Positions 1 through 8,348 are shown, counted from the first letter of the stretch. The stretch: 54,562 nucleotides of DNA from Thermoleophilia bacterium (GCA_041660545.1 JBAZWE010000005.1:1-54562); one strand, 5' to 3'. Numbers and translations are program-made. Notes: a model not told the origin generated them from the letters alone.

Positions 1-1
1 G

Positions 2-1018
2 GCTACTTTCGGATTTGCCGAGAGTCGGGTCGCAGAGCCGATATTGCCGCTGACTCTTTTCCGCAACCGGGTATTCAGTGCCTCGATTGCGGCGATACTG
101 CTATCTTCGATGGGCCTTTTCGGGGCAATAATATATATCCCCTTGTTCGCCCAGGGCGTTCTCGGCGTATCGGCGACGAACTCCGGCTTGATTTTGATGC
201 CACTGATGCTCGGCATGGTTATATCCTCGGTGATTAGCGGACAGTTGATTTCGCGCACCGGGAAATACAAGCTGTTGGGTATAGCCGGAATGATGGTGAC
301 TGCCCTGGGGATGTATCTTCTCTCACGCATGAGCCCGGAGACCACGGCAAACACGCTGAGGTTTAACATGGTGATTACCGGCATCGGGTTAGGCGTAACC
401 ATGCCGATCTTCATGGTTGTGGTCCAGAGCGCTTTCGATCATTCACATTTGGGGCAGGTCACTGCCGCCACCCAGCTTTTTCGCAGCATCGGCAGTACAA
501 TCGGCACCGCTGTGCTTGGCGGCCTACTGAACAGTCAGTTAGGCGACAAGCTCTCAAACCTGTCAGGCAACGAGTTTGTTCAGGGAATGCAGCAGCTCAA
601 TCCGCAGACCCAGTTTGACAAGGTAGATGCTAACGCCCTGCAGAGTCTGCTCTCCAATGCGGGCCAGGATCAGGTAAGGGGGATGATCACCCAGGCACCG
701 CCCGAGTCTCAGGCGGGATTGATGTCAGGCTTCAATGATTTTATCGAGACTTTAAAAATCGCATTTTCCAGCTCGATTGGCAGTCTTTTCATCGCCGGCA
801 CCGCAATCACTCTACTAGCGCTGGTTGCGGTATTATTCCTGCCGGTGATCGAGTTGCGCCGATCCAATAAATCAGTACTTGAAGAAGCGGGGATGGAGCT
901 GGAAACCGAGCTTGCGATCAGCGATTCGGAGCACGAGCCGGATCTGTATGATGAAGAGGATAATGACACAACCGGCAAGAAGCCCGGTCCGATTAAACCA
1001 CTACCGGAACGCGGCTAA
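2..1018 (+). CDS. MFS transporter (DHA2/EmrB-like), C-terminal part; 5' end lies upstream of the window
   Basis: ORF 44..1018 stays open in the same frame back to base 2 (..EPILPLTLFRNRVF..). It has several hydrophobic TM segments followed by an acidic C-terminal tail, the pattern of 14-TM drug:H+ antiporter-type MFS proteins. Confidence 0.8.
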   Translation, partial: ATFGFAESRVAEPILPLTLFRNRVFSASIAAILLSSMGLFGAIIYIPLFAQGVLGVSATNSGLILMPLMLGMVISSVISGQLISRTGKYKLLGIAGMMVTALGMYLLSRMSPETTANTLRFNMVITGIGLGVTMPIFMVVVQSAFDHSHLGQVTAATQLFRSIGSTIGTAVLGGLLNSQLGDKLSNLSGNEFVQGMQQLNPQTQFDKVDANALQSLLSNAGQDQVRGMITQAPPESQAGLMSGFNDFIETLKIAFSSSIGSLFIAGTAITLLALVAVLFLPVIELRRSNKSVLEEAGMELETELAISDSEHEPDLYDEEDNDTTGKKPGPIKPLPERG

Positions 1019-1680
1019 ATACCCCGGAAGCGCACGACCTCATCGATGTTCCGCCTTGGGCTGCGGAAAACGTTTTGCGGATTTGACGTGTCTGCATATC
1101 CCAGGGCGATCCCGATAATAATTGCAAGGTCGTCCGGTATGTTGATTGCCTTGCGGATCAGGTCTGGATATACGACAAGGTTGTAGGCGATGGCTGAAGC
1201 CACTCCCCTCTCCTGCGCGGCCAGCATGATGCTTTGCGCCATCATCCCCAGATCATGGATCGACCAGGGCGTCAGAGAGCGCTCCATACACAGGTAAGCC
1301 ACTACCGGTGCGCCGAAGAAGCGATGGTTCTGCTCAGCGAGCGTTTTTCTGGCCGTCTGGTCAGCGCGATCAATTCCCAGGGCCTGTGAGCGAGCGGCCA
1401 TCAGGCTATGCATTCGCTCGGTTATTTCCGGCGGCCATGCCTGTGCCCGTGGAAGATCCGAGTTACCGGGAACACCCTGACGGAAATTTTCCAGGCAAGC
1501 CTGGCGCAGGCTCTCCAGAACCTCTCCCCCGGCTACAAATATTTCCCAGGGTTGGGTATTTGCCCATGAAGGTGTTCGATTGGCGGCTTCCATTATCGCC
1601 AGGATAGTATCTTTTTCAAGAGGCCGCGAATTGAAAGCACGGCAGGTAAAGCGGGAATTAAGTGTCTCGGTAACATTCAT
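1015..1680 (-). CDS. Nitroreductase-family flavoprotein
   Basis: A 221-aa protein from ATG 1680, with AGGAGG upstream. Family-typical N-terminus (R.S.R.F....L.....I.EAA..APS..N.QPW) is present. The longer ORF-track version to 1779 runs into the tRNA-Ser gene and is rejected. Confidence 0.85.
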   Translation of the reverse strand: MNVTETLNSRFTCRAFNSRPLEKDTILAIMEAANRTPSWANTQPWEIFVAGGEVLESLRQACLENFRQGVPGNSDLPRAQAWPPEITERMHSLMAARSQALGIDRADQTARKTLAEQNHRFFGAPVVAYLCMERSLTPWSIHDLGMMAQSIMLAAQERGVASAIAYNLVVYPDLIRKAINIPDDLAIIIGIALGYADTSNPQNVFRSPRRNIDEVVRFRGI

Positions 1681-1706
1681 TAATGGAACCTCCTTTTTCC
1701 TGGAAA

Positions 1707-1802
<96 letters not shown>

Positions 1803-1938
1803 GCGCTGGAATGTCAACTTCAAAACCTCTGATTAATCCGGGTCCAATGCTGATTCCAACGATCTAGTTTAGCGGAAATGGCACGTATCAGGAAAGGTTG
1901 CCATAAAAATTGCGGTGAGTCCCCCATTAAACGCATTA

Positions 1939-2388
1939 TCAGCGACGCAAGGAAAAGAATTCCTTCAGTATGGTTGCGGATTCATCCGCGAGGACGCCGG
2001 CATCCACGACCACCTGGTGATTGAGGCGATCGTCACGCACGATATCCATCAGGGTTCCGGCGGCGCCGGCTTTTTCATCTGGGGCTCCATAGACGAGACG
2101 ATCGATGCGCGACTGATATATAGCACCGGCACACATGGGACAGGGCTCGATTGTTACATATATCGTGCAACCTGAGAGTCGCCAGGATCCGAGCTTCCCG
2201 GCTGCCTTGCGGATGGCGATCATCTCAGCGTGCGCGGTAGGATCTTTCTTCTCCTCGCGTTCGTTGCCGGCGGCCGCGATTACCTCTCCCCCATATACGA
2301 TAACCGCGCCTACGGGCACCTCACCGCTCTCAGCGGCCATCCTGGCCTCGTTGAGCGCAATGCGCATGTAGTGTTCGTGGTCGGTCAT
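1939..2388 (-). CDS. tadA: tRNA-specific adenosine(34) deaminase
   Basis: A 149-aa protein from ATG 2388 with the cytidine/deoxycytidylate deaminase zinc motifs HAEMIAI and PCPMCAGA. The ORF-track extension to 2538 crosses the tRNA-Arg gene. Confidence 0.9.
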   Translation of the reverse strand: MTDHEHYMRIALNEARMAAESGEVPVGAVIVYGGEVIAAAGNEREEKKDPTAHAEMIAIRKAAGKLGSWRLSGCTIYVTIEPCPMCAGAIYQSRIDRLVYGAPDEKAGAAGTLMDIVRDDRLNHQVVVDAGVLADESATILKEFFSLRR

Positions 2389-2455
2389 AAGAACTAGGTT
2401 ATCACGGAAACAGGGTGAGATTGATGGAAGCCTTAGACGGGGTGATTCTGGAAGG

Positions 2456-2532
2456 TGGTGCGCCCGACAGGATTCGAACCTGTGACCTTTGGATTCGTAG
2501 TCCAACGCTCTATCCAGCTGAGCTACGGGCGC
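2456..2532 (-). tRNA. tRNA-Arg (anticodon ACG), CCA encoded
   Basis: Minus-strand read: GCGCCCGTAGCTCAGCTGGATAGAGCGTTGGACTACGAATCCAAAGGTCACAGGTTCGAATCCTGTCGGGCGCACCA. Canonical 77-nt cloverleaf with anticodon loop CTACGAA. Confidence 0.95.
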
Positions 2533-2634
2533 ATACATGACGCAAGGGCTCTAGACAGTCGCCCCCAAAAGAACAAAAGAAAGTATACCTGAAATCCTGA
2601 GGTTATCGAAACTGGAAAAAAATAAGCCTGGATG

Positions 2635-2730
2635 TGGCGGAGAGGGAGGGATTCGAACCCTCGAAGGAGGCTTAAAACCCCCTTAATCGCTTAGCAGGCG
2701 ATCGCCTTCAGCCGACTCGGCCACCTCTCC
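2635..2730 (-). tRNA. tRNA-Ser (anticodon GCU), CCA encoded
   Basis: Acceptor GGAGAGG/CCTCTCC, anticodon arm ATCGC-CTGCTAA-GCGAT, long variable arm, GGTTCGAATCC T loop. Confidence 0.9.
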
Positions 2731-3051
2731 GCAGTGAGTCTGTAACGATTCATCGGACAGGGACTCAGGAGTCTGAATCGCCGAACCTGTTATCGTTTAC
2801 CAAGCTAAGATTCTAGAGATTTTATCAAGGGAAATCCAGCCGCCGCCAGTTTGTCGCAATGAGAGCGGTTCAGCTAGACTGTATCGAGTTTCGTAAATCA
2901 AGGATCTGGAGGTGCAGGCCGTGCTGCTCAGATGAACAGGATCATCGCTCCGTGTTGAGCGAATCGCAACCGAGGTAGCCGGTCACGCTTCTTAATCTGC
3001 TCCATCATTCATAACTGAGCGGTTTAAATGATCGCCGGCCCTCTCGATATC

Positions 3052-3149
3052 GGGGGCGCAGGAACCGGTTGTTCCCGGCGGTCTGCAAAACCGTTCGCCT
3101 GTCTGAGATCCAGACAGAGAGTGGGTTCGACTCCCACGCGCTCCCTCCA
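3052..3149 (+). tRNA. Selenocysteine-type (8/5 fold) tRNA with anticodon GCA (Cys codons UGC/UGU) and discriminator U73; CCA encoded
   Basis: Hand fold. Acceptor 3052-3059 GGGGGCGC pairs with 3138-3145 GCGCTCCC (8 bp, one G-U). D stem 3061-3065/3071-3075 has a 5-nt loop. Anticodon stem 3077-3082/3090-3095 is 6 bp, with loop CTGCAAA (anticodon 3085-3087). Variable arm has a 7-bp stem 3099-3105/3111-3117. T stem 3121-3125/3133-3137 is 5 bp, with loop TTCGACT. T3146 is followed by CCA. Confidence 0.75.
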
Positions 3150-3180
3150 TGCCCATCTTTAATAATGAAGGTCCAAAATA

Positions 3181-3621
3181 TTGAAGAAATTAATACTAAT
3201 CGCCATAATTCTGGTGTCTCTGGCCGGGGTAGCCGACTCCGGCTATGCCTTAAAGCAGCACTATGCTCCTGCTGATATTTCTTCCTGTGACGTCAATGAG
3301 ACCATAAGCTGTACGGCGGTCAACCAGAGTAAATATTCAGAGTTATTCGGCCTGCCGGTTGCAGGCATCGGGATTGCCGGGTACGTGACGATCGGTCTGC
3401 TTGCGGGCGCGGTCCTGTATAGAAAGTCTTCAGCGTCCGTGCTTCTCAATCTTTTGGCGGGAATGGCGATCGTCGCGCTGGCGGTCTCTTTATACCTTAC
3501 GTATATCGAGCTGTTCATACTTCATGCGGTGTGCCCGCTCTGCATGCTTTCGCTACTGCTTACAATAACCACGGCAACCCTTGCCATCCGCGCACAAATG
3601 CTGAATGCCAGAAAAGACTAG
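3181..3621 (+). CDS. Vitamin K epoxide reductase (VKOR)-family thiol-disulfide oxidoreductase, membrane protein
   Basis: TTG start 32 nt after the tRNA 3' end. Four hydrophobic helices, a loop Cys pair (SSCDVNETISC), the conserved S..FG.P segment (SELFGLPVAGIG), and CPLC (CxxC) at the start of the last helix. Confidence 0.8.
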   Translation: MKKLILIAIILVSLAGVADSGYALKQHYAPADISSCDVNETISCTAVNQSKYSELFGLPVAGIGIAGYVTIGLLAGAVLYRKSSASVLLNLLAGMAIVALAVSLYLTYIELFILHAVCPLCMLSLLLTITTATLAIRAQMLNARKD

Positions 3622-4418
3622 CCGGACCCGTTCTGTTCGGTCTTGGCTTTGGCCTTCACGTTGTTCTTGATGCCATAGAGATATTTTATGTAGTCGACGG
3701 CGAACTTCATCAGCTCGACATCGTCTTCTTTCATTCGTGTCTGCATATCGGGCTCAATCTCAACCACTTCAAGGAAGCGGCTTTCGAAGACAAAGCGGCG
3801 GAAGTTGTCCAGGTCGTAGCTGGCCATATAGAACATCTGCTGTCGTTTATCGTCGATCTTGTCCTTGGCGAGGTCCTGCTTGAGCATGATGTTCTTCCAC
3901 TCGCGGTTCATATCATCGTAAGAAGCCGCATCCTGGTCCTCGCGCCATTCACTTATGGTCCAGGTCTTGTCTTCCTTGAATCCAAGACAGTGTTCTTCCT
4001 TGACGATTACATACCACTCATCGTGGATGGGATGCTTGTTTTCGTCGTCCATGCGGCGATGCGTCGCCTGACCCACGGGGTAATAACGGCACGCAGCGGG
4101 CCTGTCGGAGTAGATATTGCAGCCTTCCTTGGGCGTAACGAACGGACAATAGCGCTCTTCGTCCTCGTTCATGCGCATAAAGAGAAGTGGATGCGTTGTC
4201 TTCTCGTCAACTTCAAAGCGGGTATATTTCTCCAGGAACTCCGTGCTGGAAATCCCGAGACGCTGTTTCATGCGGATAACGTCATAAGGAGTAAGCAGGA
4301 TGTCGATATTGCGGCAGCATCGGGTAAAGCACTCGATACCCGGCTGACAGCTGAACTTGAATTTTGAATCCAGCTCATATTTCTGTGGAATTACGGATTT
4401 GTTATTCAGCGTAGCCAT
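3618..4418 (-). CDS. YkgJ/UPF0153-family cysteine-cluster (Zn or Fe-S) protein
   Basis: Family signature seen: ..CQPGIECFTRCCRN.. and ..YCPFV..GCNIYSDRPAACRYYP.. The 266-aa protein lies downstream of qmoC on the same strand. Confidence 0.8.
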   Translation of the reverse strand: MATLNNKSVIPQKYELDSKFKFSCQPGIECFTRCCRNIDILLTPYDVIRMKQRLGISSTEFLEKYTRFEVDEKTTHPLLFMRMNEDEERYCPFVTPKEGCNIYSDRPAACRYYPVGQATHRRMDDENKHPIHDEWYVIVKEEHCLGFKEDKTWTISEWREDQDAASYDDMNREWKNIMLKQDLAKDKIDDKRQQMFYMASYDLDNFRRFVFESRFLEVVEIEPDMQTRMKEDDVELMKFAVDYIKYLYGIKNNVKAKAKTEQNGSG

Positions 4419-4495
4419 CTGTCTTCTTTCCTTGGATAAATCGCGGGTAAAATTCTTGCAGCTTAAATATTGTAGAGGAAACTTGCGGCAGGCAC

Positions 4496-4530
4496 AAAAA
4501 CGCGGGCGGCCGCATCAGCGGCCGCCCGCG
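4496..4530 (-). terminator. Rho-independent terminator downstream of qmoC
   Basis: 13-bp perfect GC-rich stem CGCGGGCGGCCGC (4501-4513) / GCGGCCGCCCGCG (4518-4530) with a 4-nt loop. On the minus strand it is followed by TTTTT (4496-4500). It starts 19 nt after the qmoC stop. Confidence 0.75.
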
Positions 4531-4548
4531 TTTATTGCATGAAGATTA

Positions 4549-5952
4549 CTATTCTATGCCCATGTCCCTGCCTGTGACCCGCGCAAAGACCAGCGCTACA
4601 GTCCTGTACACCATGTGCGCCATTTTTGAGAACGGTGCGTATATGAACAGGAAGAGTACGCTTGCGAGGTGTATGAAATAAACAGTATAAGCCACCGGGG
4701 TATTGGCAACCCGTAAACCCCAGGCGAGAATGCCGGTAACTATAACCGTTGCCACGACACTGATCAGCAGCCAGTCAAAATATGCTCCGATCCCTATTTT
4801 TGCCGCGTGCTTGAAACGGTTTATCATTATCCAGCCGATGCCTATAAGGCCGGCGGCGGCGCTGACTGAGCCAATCCACTTTACAGGTACAGCATTGTTC
4901 CAGCCATATGGCGAGTGCTTGTGAAGTAGATACTCGCCGATCACGGAGATCGCGGTCGTCACGAACAGACCCAGGAATGCGTAAAAAATGAACATGTGCG
5001 ACACTTTCCTGTCCTCGGTCTCGTCACATTTGCCGAAGCGTTTGTGGGTGATGATCTCACCAAGTACCGGTCCCAGATTCCCTAGTCCGCTTCCCTTCAG
5101 GGTTCCCCCTTCACTTACCGCATGCGCGGATAGAAGCTTCCAGTATCTGCTGCTTCCCACGGCAAATGCCAGGATGGCAAAAAAGAATGCCAGTGTGAAT
5201 GTAATGTCAACCGCAGGTATGGGGATGAAGTTGGAATATATGATTTCTCCGCCAGTTTTTACATCCTGGACTATCTGGTGTCCGCTTCCATCAAGGATAA
5301 TGTTACCCTTTGAAGGATTTGTGAGATGCCCAAATTGGCTGATTACTCCCAGGAGAATCAGCACTGGTATGGCAACCATGAGTACTAGCGCGGCTGGACT
5401 TCCCACACCTTTGCCCAGGATTCCAGGCCACGAGAACCGGCTGATCGTCATTTTGGCGATTGCCTGCAATACCCGTCCGGGCTTGGCGCCGCGGGGGCAC
5501 TGGGCCACGCAGTCGCTGCACTGGTGACATAGCCATACGTCGGGGTCGCCCATTAGCTTGTCCTTGAGTCCCCACTGAGCCCACATCATTTCCTTGCGTG
5601 GGAACGGACTGTCGTCCGGGGTTAAGTTACATACCACGGAGCAGGTGGCGCACTGGTAACACTTTTTCAGATCTGTGCCGCCACCGTTGATGATCTCCTT
5701 GACGAATCCGACATCCGGTTTGATCAACATGGCCTCACGGACATCCGGTACATTTTCCGCAGTCACGCTAGTGGCCTCACTGGCCACTTGTGCTTCGGTC
5801 GCAGCGGTATCTCCCTCGGATAACTCGGAGGCATCACCCGCGACAGGCGTCTCGGCCGCAGTTACGGCTGTCTCTTCCGCCGTCGCATCGGCAGTTGCAT
5901 CATTGCCGGCGCCAGCGGTTTCTTCAGTCTTGTCCACAGTTTCATCCGCCAT
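4549..5952 (-). CDS. qmoC: Quinone-interacting membrane-bound oxidoreductase subunit C (HdrC-like FeS domain fused to HdrE/NarI-like membrane cytochrome b), with about 70-aa acidic N-terminal extension
   Basis: FeS motifs CYQCATCSVVC and CHQCSDCVAQCP are followed by about 6 TM helices. The gene follows qmoAB. AGGAGG lies 5 nt before ATG 5952. Confidence 0.9.
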   Translation of the reverse strand: MADETVDKTEETAGAGNDATADATAEETAVTAAETPVAGDASELSEGDTAATEAQVASEATSVTAENVPDVREAMLIKPDVGFVKEIINGGGTDLKKCYQCATCSVVCNLTPDDSPFPRKEMMWAQWGLKDKLMGDPDVWLCHQCSDCVAQCPRGAKPGRVLQAIAKMTISRFSWPGILGKGVGSPAALVLMVAIPVLILLGVISQFGHLTNPSKGNIILDGSGHQIVQDVKTGGEIIYSNFIPIPAVDITFTLAFFFAILAFAVGSSRYWKLLSAHAVSEGGTLKGSGLGNLGPVLGEIITHKRFGKCDETEDRKVSHMFIFYAFLGLFVTTAISVIGEYLLHKHSPYGWNNAVPVKWIGSVSAAAGLIGIGWIMINRFKHAAKIGIGAYFDWLLISVVATVIVTGILAWGLRVANTPVAYTVYFIHLASVLFLFIYAPFSKMAHMVYRTVALVFARVTGRDMGIE

Positions 5953-5961
5953 ACTATCCTC

Positions 5962-8346
5962 CTAGAATCCCTTGAACGGATTAGGTCCGAAGCTTTTAAG
6001 CTGCTCCGCGAAGTCATCCATTATCTTTGGCAGCTGGTCCCATTCATTCATGGCGAGCTGAACCTGCGTAACTCGCTCTGCTTCGAGCATCAAGCGGCTG
6101 AGTGTCTCCTGGACCTTGCCCAGGCGCTCATTCGCGGCCTTGCTGCCCTTGACGAAGTGACACTGATAGTCATCGTCGTAGCGGCAACCGATAAGCAGAA
6201 AGCCCTCGATTCCAGCTGAGAGAGCATCCGCGATCCAGACCAGGTTGGTCCCGCCAAGGCATCTCATGGTTATGAACCTGTAGAAGGGATTGGTCTGTAT
6301 CTTGTTCAGGCCGGCTATATCGAGTGCCGGGTAAGCATCGTTCTCGCATATCAGCGCGATGATCCGGGGTTTGCTGTCTTCCTCCGGGACCTTTATCGCT
6401 TTCATCTGGGAAGCGATCATATCGACGCTGTAGTTCTTGAAAGAGATAATCCGCTGCGGGCAGGCACCCATGCAGGTACCACAACGCCGGCAACGGCTCG
6501 TATTGGTCTTGGGAGTTCCCTTCTCGTCCTCATCGAGAGCGCCGAAGGGACATTCAACCGTACACCTGCGGCACTGTGTGCAGTTGGTGAAGTTGATCTC
6601 GGGAAAGCTCTCATCGCCGGATCGCGGATGAACCGCCTGTCCGCGCGAGGTGAGCTCGACACACTGGATCGCTTTAAGAGCCGCGCCGACGCCATCGTTG
6701 GCGGACTGCATTGCCGTCATTGGCGCCCGGACTGAGCCGGCTGCGTAGATGCCCGTACGTCTTGTCTCATATGGGAAACAGACGAAGTGTGAATCCGGGA
6801 AACCATATTTCAGATATGGCAGTTCGGGACCCTGTCTGTATACAAGGTTGAGCACTACCGGATCGGCGATAACTTCCTTGATGATACCGTCCTGGGTCTT
6901 GGTCTCCTTCCACTGCCCCACGTACTCCGGGGTCAGGTCGGTGACCTTTTCCGCACCCTCAGGAAGCATGTTGGTGACCATGCCGGTCGCGAGCACCAGC
7001 ATGTCGGCCTCGATGCGGACTTTTTCGCCGAGGATGGTGTTGTCGATCTCCAGGATTATATTTCCTGATGAGTCTTCCGTGATGCTGACGATCTCGCCCT
7101 TGGTCAGCATTACGCCCGGGTTGTTCTGGGCGGCCTTATAGAAGTTCTCATACAGGCCCGGGGTCCGCATGTCCTTGTATACGATATAGGCGCTGGCGTC
7201 CGGGTCGCTCTCAGTCACATACAGGGCCTGCTTGAGCGATGTCATGCAACAGACGGAAGAGCAGTAAGGCAGATGTTCCGGATCACGCTGTCCCGCGCAT
7301 TGCAGGAATGCGACCCTCTTGGCCTGCTGGCCATCTGACGGCTTGCTGATTGTTCCATTGTTTGCCGCGGCCATTTCTTCGACCTCGACGTTGGTTACAA
7401 CATTTTTGAACTTGCCATAACCAAGATGCCCGAGCTTGTCGGCATCGTAGGGTTTCCAGCCTATGGCCATGACGACGGAGCCGATCCTGTGTGTCTCGGT
7501 GCTACCGTTATGGCTTATCGTTGCGTCGTACTGACCTGGCGTGCCAGCGATGCTGTCTATGTGAGCTTCCATGAGCACGGTTATGTTTTCATGGCTCTGG
7601 ACTGCCGCGATCTTCTCATCTATATCCGGTGTCTTAACGTCCTCAAAAGGAGGTTTGTCCGGAAGGATCTTATACATTTTGCCTGCCCACCCGCCGAGTA
7701 CAGCTTCCTTCTCGGCAAGAATGACCTTGTAGCCGGCCTTGGCGGATTCCAGCGCGCTCGTAAGACCCGCCGCGCCGCCGCCGATAACCAGAACGGTTCG
7801 TTCTACCGCTTCGATAAACGGTTCAGGTGGTTCGGATTTCTGTGCCCTGACGATTCCCATGCGCAGATGATCCTCGGCCATCTCCTGGGTGTTCTCATTG
7901 ACAACCATCTTGGAGGATGCCTCAGCAGGCGCTTCAGCGGTTTCGGGTGCTGCCTCCGCAGGTGCTGCTTCGTCGCTGGCGGTCTCTGCAGGCGCTGCTT
8001 CAGATGCCTCCTGCGCCGGTACTTCTTCCAGGGCAGCCGGAAGCTGGCTCCAGACGATGTGTTCCCTGACATTGACGCGCTCAGTTATATATTGGGCCGG
8101 ATCGAAATCAAAGGTGTCACTGTTGACACGCGGCGAACAGGCCGCTATTACAATCTTGTTGACACCTTCGTTGTTGATATCATCCTTGATTACCTGCGCG
8201 CCTTCCTGGCTGCAAAGGAACGGCACGGTTTTGACTACCTCGATGCGATACTGGTTCTTTGCTATGTTTTCCAGTTTCTCGGTGTCGAGGGCCTCGCCGA
8301 TTCCACAGTCAGAGCATATATATACTCCGAGTTTAGGATCTGCCAT
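5962..8346 (-). CDS. qmoB: Qmo subunit B (HdrA-like FAD/FeS protein with MvhD-like C-terminus)
   Basis: GGGAAG dinucleotide fold, ferredoxin motifs CTQCRRCTVECP and CRRCGTCMGACP, 794 aa, AGGAGGT RBS. Lies between qmoA and qmoC. Confidence 0.92.
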   Translation of the reverse strand: MADPKLGVYICSDCGIGEALDTEKLENIAKNQYRIEVVKTVPFLCSQEGAQVIKDDINNEGVNKIVIAACSPRVNSDTFDFDPAQYITERVNVREHIVWSQLPAALEEVPAQEASEAAPAETASDEAAPAEAAPETAEAPAEASSKMVVNENTQEMAEDHLRMGIVRAQKSEPPEPFIEAVERTVLVIGGGAAGLTSALESAKAGYKVILAEKEAVLGGWAGKMYKILPDKPPFEDVKTPDIDEKIAAVQSHENITVLMEAHIDSIAGTPGQYDATISHNGSTETHRIGSVVMAIGWKPYDADKLGHLGYGKFKNVVTNVEVEEMAAANNGTISKPSDGQQAKRVAFLQCAGQRDPEHLPYCSSVCCMTSLKQALYVTESDPDASAYIVYKDMRTPGLYENFYKAAQNNPGVMLTKGEIVSITEDSSGNIILEIDNTILGEKVRIEADMLVLATGMVTNMLPEGAEKVTDLTPEYVGQWKETKTQDGIIKEVIADPVVLNLVYRQGPELPYLKYGFPDSHFVCFPYETRRTGIYAAGSVRAPMTAMQSANDGVGAALKAIQCVELTSRGQAVHPRSGDESFPEINFTNCTQCRRCTVECPFGALDEDEKGTPKTNTSRCRRCGTCMGACPQRIISFKNYSVDMIASQMKAIKVPEEDSKPRIIALICENDAYPALDIAGLNKIQTNPFYRFITMRCLGGTNLVWIADALSAGIEGFLLIGCRYDDDYQCHFVKGSKAANERLGKVQETLSRLMLEAERVTQVQLAMNEWDQLPKIMDDFAEQLKSFGPNPFKGF

Positions 8347-8348
8347 GT

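Noticed and set aside
3069-3275. 68-aa ORF overlapping the Sec-type tRNA and the VKOR start.
   Set aside because: It begins inside the tRNA D loop with TTG, has no SD or motifs, and is out of frame with the VKOR gene.
3181-3621. SECIS-like element downstream of the VKOR Cys codons.
   Set aside because: Only a trivial 5-bp hairpin (GGCAA-CCC-TTGCC) occurs downstream of the CPLC codons. Nothing resembles a bacterial SECIS at the right distance, so no recoding claim is made for this gene.
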